Positions 51,649-60,427 of a stretch of 64,000 bases of DNA are shown piece after piece; position 1 is the first letter of the stretch, and every line of letters starts with the position of its first letter. The position numbers and the translations under genes are program-made. Where the stretch lies: the NCBI GenBank assembly GCA_000091205.1, contig AP006490.2; one strand, given 5' to 3'. The notes below the pieces were generated by a model that saw only the letters and a program-made list of their open reading frames with translations, searched no databases and was not told where the DNA came from. The DNA is from Cyanidioschyzon merolae. Lineage: Eukaryota.

Positions 51649-53052
51649 TTGCCCCTCGACGTCCAGGAAGCGTCTCGTGTGAGCAGAGCCTCAGCGGAGC
51701 GCGGCGTCAGCGGCCCGCAACTAGAAACGCCTGCCCCAGTCAAGCGTCGACGCAGCGTTTTTTCCTTGAAGCGCTGCTTTGCGGTGTTCGTTTCACGAAA
51801 CGTTCCGACAGCAATGTTCGGCATAGTTCGGGTCGCTTTCTCAATTCACACGAGCGCCAGCTTCAAGGCCGGTAGCAGTGCTTTCAAGTCGCACAACTGC
51901 ACCGACGTTCGTTTCCAGCACAAGCCGCTGCCTCGGGCAGCGGTTGCTCGGCGTCGGCTATGGCGTTCGCCTCTGGTACTGTGCGATCAGAGGCGTAAAG
52001 ACGCTTCGTCGAAGGCGGAGACTTTCGGAAGCGCAAATTCAAATGAAAGCACAACGAACGCTGACGCAACCGTGAACCTCGAACGAGGTCAGAGTGCAGA
52101 GGCAGCAAACCCGGGGGTGCCAACGTCCGGCGGACCGCGGCGACGTTCCCCGTTTGAGGACTTGGTCGACGGAGCTTCCGATGGTTTCGGGGGACCCACA
52201 TCCCCAGGGCTTCCTCGACGACGCTCCAACCTATCCGAGCAGAACGAGAGGATTCGAGCACTCCTGGGCCTCGAGAAACGTGACACCTCGGAGCGTACCC
52301 AGCAGCGGCCAGCGGCGCCCGTTCCCGAGCGCCCAGCAACCACGGTGACGAGCACGGAGAACGCACCAGGCCTGATCGACCTAACAGGGGACGGTGGTGT
52401 GCTCCGCGAGTTGCTCTCCCGAGGGGCACCAGAGAAAGCGGCGAACAAACAGACGCCGGTGCAAAGTACGTCGGGCAGTCGCCTTCGGGTGCACTATGTT
52501 GGCAAACTAGCGGAGACTGGCCAGATATTCGATGCATCTCGCGAGCGACAGGAACCTTTTGAGTTTATCCTGGGTGAAGGGAGTGTGATTAAGGGTTGGG
52601 AGGCCGGTCTGGTTGGTCTAGCGGCCGGCGATGTCGTGCGTCTGGTATGTGCTCCCGCTTATGCCTATGGACTGCGCGGAGTGCCGCCGGTGATCCCGCC
52701 TCGCGCGAAACTTGAGTTCGAGGTTGAGGTGCTGGAGGTGTTACCGGCCGCACCGGGCAACAGCGAAGCCCAGAGCAAATCATCTTTGCGTGCTCTCGAC
52801 GAAGATGACGTTCCACGTACCCCAGAAGATATTTCTCGCGCCTATATCAAACGTCTCGAGGAGCGCGCCGCGAATCCAAAGAAGGAATCGAAATGGTTTA
52901 TCATCTCGCCTTTTGCGAGTGCGACTGGAGAGCGACCGCCGTGGTGGTTGAATCCTAACATCACTTTCCTGATCATATTTTCCGTGCTCGGTCTGGCGAC
53001 GTATGCCGTATATGTGTCGGGTGGCATTCGTCAGGGGTTTCCGCCCTCGTAG
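51649..53052 (+). CDS. FKBP-type peptidyl-prolyl cis-trans isomerase with a C-terminal transmembrane anchor. The true start may be an internal Met.
   Basis: FKBP domain: RVHYVGKLAETGQIFDASRERQEPFEFILGEGSVIKGWEAGLVGLAAGDVVRLVCAPAYAYGLRGVPPVIPPRAKLEFEVEVLEV. Hydrophobic C-terminal segment ITFLIIFSVLGLATYAVYV. Confidence 0.8.
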   Translation: MPLDVQEASRVSRASAERGVSGPQLETPAPVKRRRSVFSLKRCFAVFVSRNVPTAMFGIVRVAFSIHTSASFKAGSSAFKSHNCTDVRFQHKPLPRAAVARRRLWRSPLVLCDQRRKDASSKAETFGSANSNESTTNADATVNLERGQSAEAANPGVPTSGGPRRRSPFEDLVDGASDGFGGPTSPGLPRRRSNLSEQNERIRALLGLEKRDTSERTQQRPAAPVPERPATTVTSTENAPGLIDLTGDGGVLRELLSRGAPEKAANKQTPVQSTSGSRLRVHYVGKLAETGQIFDASRERQEPFEFILGEGSVIKGWEAGLVGLAAGDVVRLVCAPAYAYGLRGVPPVIPPRAKLEFEVEVLEVLPAAPGNSEAQSKSSLRALDEDDVPRTPEDISRAYIKRLEERAANPKKESKWFIISPFASATGERPPWWLNPNITFLIIFSVLGLATYAVYVSGGIRQGFPPS

Positions 53053-54083
53053 GGGGCAAGCCACGGCCGCCCAGGTGCAGACACACACACACACTGGGGC
53101 GCGCTTACGCTGTATGCTTATAGAGACGTTGAGCGGCAGACATCGCAGCACCTTGGTGCTGCTTTGGTGACGAGTCGAATGCTACAAACGCGAATACTGG
53201 CGAGCATGATAGCGGTGGTCTCGTCGACAACGGAAAAAGAGCGGCTCTTGGGAGCATTCATGATCCTCAGGTAATCGACTTGGAGGAGGGCGCAAAAGTC
53301 GTTGCGGGTGCCTAGGGTACCGAATCCTGAACCCGAGCGCAATCCGCAAGCGCTACAAGGGCTCGTTCGTTCGTTGGTTCGTTCGTTCGGAGTATTCGAG
53401 AAGCAAATGCGTTCCTAGCATTCGTCTCCTGGCATAAATTGGCATCAATGTATAGAGAAACGGTACCCATGCGCTAAGCAAGGGGCAGGACACACGGCTC
53501 CGTGGGACGCATTTGTATCGACACATGGTCCCTTGTCATGGTTGACGCAGGCGTTTCCGGGTGCTCGTCTCATACCGCAGCCCGACGCGTTGCCATCCCT
53601 TCTGTCTATCCATTGGGATCCGCGCTTTCGATGGACGCAAGTCATGGGCTTTGGGGCATTTGACAGGAAACATAGGCCTAAGGTGAAGTTTTCTAGCGTA
53701 CAACAGCGCCCTGCGGACCGCTTGCAATCTTGTGCATTGCACTGCATTGCACTGCACTGCGCATACGCATCCATCACGACTCAGGTTTTTCTCGGCAAAC
53801 CGTTCCTTTCCGCAGCAAAACCAACGCAGCACCTCCTGTAGGCACCAACACCAACCTCAACATCAAGAGATGCACCATTAGCCGTCACTTCGCCTTGGGA
53901 TACCTCATTCGCGCTGCAGCGCGCGACGTTGTTCCAAAGTAGCCGATGCCGCAGCCGCAAACCCCATAGTCGTTTCCAGTGACGCTCAGATCGCCTTGGT
54001 GGTCCGATGACGGCCCCTACAGCCTTTTCAAACACTGGCCACGATGAGTCTATTGTACAGCTCGCAAAGAAACGGCACGTCGA

Positions 54084-55349
54084 TCAGATATTCTCACATT
54101 CCGGATGCGTTCCCTCGATGGCGATCCCGTTCATTTTGCAGCGCTCTCGAATAATCATTTCTGCGAGAATCATATCTTCCGGGGTCGTGATTTTGATATT
54201 CGCGTATTCGCCCATAGTAATTTTCACAGGATAATGCTTGTCGTCGAGCAACTCCACGACGCTCACGTCGTCTGTTACGCGTAGGCCCCGGCGCATGGCG
54301 TTCTCGAAGCCCTGACGCAGAAGACGAGCCCGAACCACTTGTGGTGTTTGGATCTCCCACAACCTGCTGCGATCGATAGTCCGCCTGACAAACTGTCCAT
54401 CCTCGCTCTCCTTAATCGTCGCTTTCACTGGCACGCCAATTGCTGCGGCCCCGTAGATCGAGGCGTCCCGCAGGCACGACCGTATGCAGGAGCGTGAAAC
54501 AAGTGGTCGCGCCGCGTCGTGAACACACACGAGGATGTCGTCTGTTTCATCTTTTTCACGATCCACCGTATCTGGGACGAGGGCGAGTCCAGAGCGAACT
54601 GAGTCTTGCCGCTCTAAGCCCGGGTCCGCGAATAAAATCCGCTTGTCGCGCAAAACATAGTTTCCAAAATACGCTTCACGATATCGTTTTTCAACGACGA
54701 TAATTATCTGAGTCACCTCGGGCAAGCCCAGAAAGAGCAACAGAGAACGTTCGGATACAGTCTTGCCACAGAGCTGCAGAAACTGCTTTGGCCGGTCGGC
54801 ACGCATGCGGCTGCCCAGGCCCCCCGCCAGCAGAATCACCGACACCGGCTGCCGAACCGGCGGCGGCACCAATCCGTTTCCCAAGTCATCCATCGGCCCG
54901 AACGCCGGCAGTATAGACTCTCCATTTTCTAGAAGAGTCATAAACTGCAGACGCTCGCTTGTAAAGTTCCGACGCCGAACAGATCCAACCTGGGTGCACC
55001 AGCCTTGCCGTGGTGGCCGTGAGCGCCGCTCTGCGAACGCGCCACTGCTCACTGCGGACGTTGCCACTGAGGCGCGACAACTGCAACGCCCGGGAGCTCT
55101 AACTGGTGCCTGCAGACCGTGTACTACGAAGTTCAACGGTGTCATCAACGTAACTTGTGAAATGTGGAGCTTTTCGTCGGTCAAGTCCCCGAGGGAACCC
55201 GCGGGACCTCTACCTAACAGCCGGAGCGTGCGTGGCGCATTAATGTGTGCGCTCCGCCGGTCGGAGCGCGCGCGCACGCGTACACCATCCAGGAGGCTGC
55301 GATTGGTGCAGGTGCTGGTGCAACGCATTCTGTAGGCGCGGATGCACAT
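54084..55349 (-). CDS. ispD: 2-C-methyl-D-erythritol 4-phosphate cytidylyltransferase (IspD, MEP pathway) with a roughly 130-aa N-terminal extension (candidate plastid transit peptide). The annotated first ATG lies inside the 120-bp satellite.
   Basis: VSVILLAGGLGSRMRADRPKQFLQL..., ILVCVHDAARPLVS, LWEIQTPQVVR, HYPVKITMGEYANIKITTPEDM. These are the IspD family blocks. The first 27 or so codons of the ORF merely translate the tandem-repeat unit (MCIRAYRMRCTSTCTNRSLLDGVRVRA), so the real start is probably downstream, for example the Met at MRCTSTC or later. Confidence 0.85.
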   Translation of the reverse strand: MCIRAYRMRCTSTCTNRSLLDGVRVRARSDRRSAHINAPRTLRLLGRGPAGSLGDLTDEKLHISQVTLMTPLNFVVHGLQAPVRAPGRCSCRASVATSAVSSGAFAERRSRPPRQGWCTQVGSVRRRNFTSERLQFMTLLENGESILPAFGPMDDLGNGLVPPPVRQPVSVILLAGGLGSRMRADRPKQFLQLCGKTVSERSLLLFLGLPEVTQIIIVVEKRYREAYFGNYVLRDKRILFADPGLERQDSVRSGLALVPDTVDREKDETDDILVCVHDAARPLVSRSCIRSCLRDASIYGAAAIGVPVKATIKESEDGQFVRRTIDRSRLWEIQTPQVVRARLLRQGFENAMRRGLRVTDDVSVVELLDDKHYPVKITMGEYANIKITTPEDMILAEMIIRERCKMNGIAIEGTHPECENI

Positions 55350-56345
55350 GTCCTTTATGTATAGGAAGGATCAGTTTGGGTGCATGGGTGCGCGCACGCG
55401 TACACCATCCAGGAGGCTGCGATTGGTGCAGGTGCTGGTGCAACGCATTCTGCAGGCGCGGATGCACATGTCCTTTATGTATAGGAAGGATCAGTTTGGG
55501 TGCATGGGTGCGCGCACGCGTACACCATCCAGGAGGCTGCGATTGGTGCAGGTGCTGGTGCAACGCTTTCTGTAGGCGCGGATGCACATGTCCTTTATGT
55601 ATAGGAAGGATCCGTTTGGGTGCATGGGTGCGCGCACGCGTACACCATCCAGGAGGCTGCGATTGGTGCAGGTGCTGGTGCAACGCATTCTGTAGGCGCG
55701 GATGCACATGTCCTTTATGTATAGGAAGGATCAGTTTGGGTGCATGGGTGCGCGCACGCGTACACCATCCAGGAGGCTGCGATTGGTGCAGGTGCTGGTG
55801 CAACGCATTCTGCAGGCGCGGATGCACATGTCCTTTATGTATAGGAAGGATCAGTTTGGGTGCATGGGTGCGCTCACGCGTACACCATCCAGGAGGCTGC
55901 GATTGGTGCAGGTGCTGGTGCAACGCATTCTGCAGGCGCGGATGCACATGTCCTTTATGTATAGGAAGGATCAGTTTGGGTGCATGGGTGCGCGCACGCG
56001 TACACCATCCAGGAGGCTGCGATTGGTGCAGGTGCTGGTGCAACGCATTCTGCAGGCGCGGATGCACATGTCCTTTATGTATAGGAAGGATCCGTTTGGG
56101 TGCATGGGTGCGCGCACGCGTACACCATCCAGGAGGCTGCGATTGGTGCAGGTGCTGGTGCAACGCATTCTGTAGGCGCGGATGCACATGTCCTTTATGT
56201 ATAGGAAGGATCAGTTTGGGTGCATGGGTGCGCGCACGCGTACACCATCCAGGAGGCTGCGATTGGTGCAGGTGCTGGTGCAACGCATTCTGCAGGCGCG
56301 GATGCACATGTCCTTTATGTATAGGAAGGATCAGTTTGGGTGCAT
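55262..56345. repeat. Satellite-like tandem array, 120-bp unit x about 9
   Basis: Unit tgcatgggtgcgcgcacgcgtacaccatccaggaggctgcgattggtgcaggtgctggtgcaacgcattctg(c/t)aggcgcggatgcacatgtcctttatgtataggaaggatc(a/c)gtttggg repeats with a 120-bp period (for example 55381 to 55501). Copies differ by single substitutions. Because 120 is a multiple of 3, artefactual ORFs of 390 and 456 aa read through on both strands. Confidence 0.95.
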
Positions 56346-57512
56346 GCGTTTCCCAGCTTGCGGCGAACGCCGGAGTCGCGCTGCTCCTGCACCTACATAC
56401 TCCAAGCAACATGCGTCTATATCACACGACGTGTACCGCCGCGGACGCGCAAATGAGAGGCAGCACTACCAGCCTGTGGGCATTGCCGTCACCGCTATAC
56501 AGCATAGATTCGATTCATGGAAACAGGTTCACGCGGATACGTGAAACGCAGCGGCGATTTGTCGTGATTCTGCGCTCGACTGTATGCATCCCAGGAGTTT
56601 TACTTGCGCAAGCCTAGCATCCTCTTTCGGAATAGAGGTCTGGTTAATCCAAAGACCCAGCAGCTGCGAACCTCTATTGCGCACGCCTTGCTTTACCATG
56701 ACGTGTATCGACTCGATGAGCTCAACAGTGCCGCTCCCGACACAGCTGGGTAGCACAGACAGCGGCAAATGACATAACGCTGGGCGAGCACGGATCCTAC
56801 GGAGGTTTCCGTATCAACACGGCATTGCAGCATTCGTGTTTATAAATCCTGGGAACATCCTGCCTGCTTCTGCAGTTTCCACATTACCGAATTCCCCCAT
56901 AACATGATTCTTCTACAAATCCTGGGGACTAGCGAGGGAGAGCGTCCACCTCTATCACCGTAATCGATCGCCAAGGAGCCTCGAGGCGCGCACAGTGACG
57001 CGCCAACATTGCCTAGGGCAGCGCTTGGTACGGGCGGCAGACACGGGGCGACTGCACCACTTTGCAGAGAAAACCAGAACATTCTCGCTTACACGCCGAC
57101 AGAGAAGGCTGCCGCACCACGGCACTTGTCTGGAATATCTCGTTCAGTGCACATCGCTTCGAATGCATCGCATGTGCAAAGGAAAGCCTCCAGACAAAAC
57201 ACTCTTGAATACAAGCCTCTCTGTTCGAAGCTGCCCGCTCGGCGTATGCTGACGCTCCGGTCTATCACGATGCACCAGAGATGCTTGATCGCTACGAACC
57301 TTTCCGACGCTTGCCATGCATACAATTCCGACTGGTAGCGTTTGCAGCTAGTCTATGGGATCGAAGAGTCCCAGCAGTAATCTAGCTGATCTGTAACGCT
57401 CGTAAACGCTCATGGGGCGATACGGAACTGGTTCAATAGGTCGCACCGGCTACGCAGTGCGTCTTGGTGGCGCAGCCAGTTTCCGCACAAGGTCCAGAAA
57501 AGCTCTGAGCGT

Positions 57513-59882
57513 TTGCCGTGCACCGCTCCCCAGTGGTGTTGCGTCCAAAACATCAGCGGGCATTTGTTAAGCACCATGAGATTGATTTGGAAAGGCTGGC
57601 CAATCGAGCTGTCGGAGCGACTTGCTGCCCAGGCTGACTGGGAGCGACGACGCTGGCGAACTGCTATCGTGGCGCTCGAATCAACCGTGGTTACCCACGG
57701 CTTGCCATACCCGCAGAACTTAGAGCTCGTCGACCAGATCCAGACGAATATTCGTCAAAAGGGTGCACAGCCGGCACTCCTGGCCATCATTGACGGGGTC
57801 ATTACCGTAGATCCCGACTCAGCGGTCAGTCAGCGTTTAGCTGAACAGGGAGCTCGGGTCTTTCGCAAGTGCAACCTACGCGACCTGAGTCTGGCGGTTG
57901 CCGAGCGTTGGAACGGTTCTCTAACAGTCTCGGCAGTGATGGAAGTCGCACACGGCCTTGGTTTCCGGGTGTTTGTGACCGGCGGCATCGGTGGCGTCCA
58001 CCGTGACTTTACACAGAACCACGACGCCTCCGCAGACCTGACTGCACTTGCTCGAATCCCGGTATGCGTTGTCTGCGCGGGCGTGAAAAGCGTTCTTGAC
58101 ATTGGAGCTACCCTAGAACGCCTTGAGACAGATGCAGTGCCCGCCATAGTCTTCAACTCGTCGGAGTTTCCTGCGTTCTGGTGCCGACGCTCCGGGTATG
58201 CAGCACCAGCGCGCCTCGATACCGTGGAACAGGTCGCGACAGTGCTTCGGTTGCACCTGCTACCGCTGCTCTCATCGGCTAGAGTAGACCATGATGGCGA
58301 GTGCACCAACGCAGAAAGACTACCGTGCGGTATGCTGGTAGCTGTGCCGATCCCTGCTGAGGCGGAATGCTCGGAATCCGAGACCGCTATTCAGCAAGCG
58401 CTGGCGGAGGCGACCCAGAGAGGCATTCGCGGCAAAGCGTTGACACCGTTCCTGCTCGAGCGGGTCGCAGCGCTCACCCAAGGAGCCTCAGTGCGTGCGA
58501 ACATGGCCCTGCTGCTTCATAATGCGTCCTTTGGGGCGGCGCTCGCCTCTGTCATGCACCACAGCTGTCACGGGTTGCCGCTGGGCAGTGCCCTTCGACG
58601 ATACCAGCACCAGCAGCACCAGCACCATCAGTTATCGTATGCATCGATCACGGGATCGCGACACACAATCGACGAAGCGCTCAATGGGTGCCCGTCCGAT
58701 GATCCCGAGCAGCGCCTCCTTGCCAGGAACGGCCCCGTACACGACGACAGCTCCGCATCCTTGGAGCCGGCACTGGATGCGGACGCAGCGCAACCTGAGC
58801 TAGCGCAGCACCCGAAGCAGCGCCTGACTGCGGATTGTGGGGCAAGTGCACCGCTCCGCTGGCTCCCGGTGACGGTGCTGGGTCACTGGACACTCGATAT
58901 TTACGCTTTCGCCAGCAGCAATGTGCCATTTTCCTCAAATCTTACTGCGGTACCTGCATCTTATCCTGGTGTGATCCGCAGCGCCTACGGTGGTGTCGGT
59001 TACAATATCGCCTTGACTCTGAGCTACCTCGCAGGCGGCGGCGCCAGCCCGTACTTCACGGCCTCTGAGGTGATGAGGGATGCACACTTGGGACGACTTG
59101 CCGAGTCATCACTCACTATGGCGAACGAACGACGCCTAGGCACGTTCTGGTCGACACGGCACCCTGCGGCAACGTACGTGGCCGTCCACAACGAAGCACG
59201 CGACCTGCTCTTCGCCGTCTTTGACGGAGCCGATATCACGCCCGCGATGCTTGGTCACGTGAACTCGTCTCGCCCGATTGTTTGGGATGCCAACCTGACC
59301 CCGGCAGCAATGGCTGCACTACCACGAGCAAGCAGTTTCTGGTATGAGCCCACGTCACCGGCCAAGGCAGGACGTATTGTCGCTGCGCAGCGGCTCGAGG
59401 CGCTGCCGTGGATGTCGCCCAACGAACTTGAACTCATAGCGATTGCACAGGCTGCTGGATTCTCGTTCCAGGAAGGTGCCATCGCGGATGACGGCTCGAT
59501 ATCCGATGCGCTGATTACCGCAGCAGCCGCGTACCTGGTGAACACACGGGGCGTTCGGAATATCCTGGTCACCCAGGGTGCCCGCGGCGTCACCTGGTTC
59601 TATCCGGATGCTGGTGCACTAGGTGGCATCGCATCCCGCCATTTCGATGCGATTCGTGTAGAAAAGTCTAATGTTCGTTCAACAACAGGTGCTGGCGATG
59701 TCTTCGCTGCGGCGGTCATCTTTGCGTTGTGCGGTTGGGGGCCGGCGCCGCCTCTGGCTCCCGCCCAGGCGATTTCTTTTGGACTCGAGGCGGCAGCGAT
59801 CGCTTGTCAGTATGAGACTGCAGTGCCGCCTGCAGACGCCCTAAGGCCTATTGTACAGCGAATGAGGCGCCACCGGCTCTGA
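57513..59882 (+). CDS. Bifunctional pseudouridine-5'-phosphate glycosidase (PsuG/IndA-like) fused to pseudouridine kinase (PsuK, PfkB family), 789 aa
   Basis: N-terminal half: VALESTVVTHGLPYPQNLE, KCNLRDLS, VFVTGGIGGVHRDF, SADLTALARIPVCVVCAGVKSVLDIGATLERLETDAVP, which is the PsuG signature. C-terminal half: GVGYNIALTLSYLAGGG...TTGAGDVFAAAVIFALCGWG, the PfkB kinase signatures. Comparable fusions are annotated in some eukaryotes, for example fission yeast. Confidence 0.85.
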   Translation: MPCTAPQWCCVQNISGHLLSTMRLIWKGWPIELSERLAAQADWERRRWRTAIVALESTVVTHGLPYPQNLELVDQIQTNIRQKGAQPALLAIIDGVITVDPDSAVSQRLAEQGARVFRKCNLRDLSLAVAERWNGSLTVSAVMEVAHGLGFRVFVTGGIGGVHRDFTQNHDASADLTALARIPVCVVCAGVKSVLDIGATLERLETDAVPAIVFNSSEFPAFWCRRSGYAAPARLDTVEQVATVLRLHLLPLLSSARVDHDGECTNAERLPCGMLVAVPIPAEAECSESETAIQQALAEATQRGIRGKALTPFLLERVAALTQGASVRANMALLLHNASFGAALASVMHHSCHGLPLGSALRRYQHQQHQHHQLSYASITGSRHTIDEALNGCPSDDPEQRLLARNGPVHDDSSASLEPALDADAAQPELAQHPKQRLTADCGASAPLRWLPVTVLGHWTLDIYAFASSNVPFSSNLTAVPASYPGVIRSAYGGVGYNIALTLSYLAGGGASPYFTASEVMRDAHLGRLAESSLTMANERRLGTFWSTRHPAATYVAVHNEARDLLFAVFDGADITPAMLGHVNSSRPIVWDANLTPAAMAALPRASSFWYEPTSPAKAGRIVAAQRLEALPWMSPNELELIAIAQAAGFSFQEGAIADDGSISDALITAAAAYLVNTRGVRNILVTQGARGVTWFYPDAGALGGIASRHFDAIRVEKSNVRSTTGAGDVFAAAVIFALCGWGPAPPLAPAQAISFGLEAAAIACQYETAVPPADALRPIVQRMRRHRL

Positions 59883-60283
59883 GGCGGTGCTTAGCGTGCA
59901 CCGGGCGACGCACTGTTGACGTGGATGATGACGATGTATCCACGATCAAACCGGCACATTGCCGGAACAGATGGGATCGTCTTTGCCGGCTGCTGGCTGG
60001 TCCCCCGGCATGCTATTGGAACTCCGCTGCCGGCTTTCCGGGATACCAATGGAACTCCGTTGCTGAGATCGCTGTGTCTGGCGTCTGTGCTGAACCGCTT
60101 CACTGGACATGAAGCCAGCCTCGCTTTACGGTCGAGGAATGCGTTCTCGCAAAGGCAAGAACTTTTCCGCAAGTCGATGCTTTCAAGGACACCGCTTTTC
60201 AAGTCGGTGGCGGCAAGTCATAGAGGCTGGATCGTCGCAGCCTATGCATTGCCAGGGAAGCGAATGGCATGCAGACGACAACA

Positions 60284-60310
60284 AGCCAGCCAGCCAGCCA
60301 GCCAGCCAGC
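60284..60310. repeat. (AGCC)6-7 tetranucleotide microsatellite
   Basis: agccagccagccagccagccagccagc read directly. Confidence 0.85.
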
Positions 60311-60427
60311 TTGCCTGCCAAGTTTTCCCCGCTCAGAGCGGCCCAATGGATGCTGTGGAGCTCGCGGTGCTGGACCAGCATGCCAAGGCGCGTGCTCAGA
60401 CGCCCGGGATCACCCCGTACGCTCGTG

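Noticed and set aside
55262-56345. Possible CRISPR array, given the regularly spaced direct repeats
   Set aside because: The units abut with no unique spacers and are 120 bp long. This is a eukaryotic locus with no cas genes, so it is a satellite or minisatellite.
55240-56617. ORFs of 390 aa (minus) and 456 aa (plus) reading through the 120-bp satellite, plus the 72-157 aa ORFs inside it
   Set aside because: These are artefacts of a tandem unit whose length is a multiple of 3. The translated products are pure repeats of the same 40-residue peptide, and both strands are open equally.
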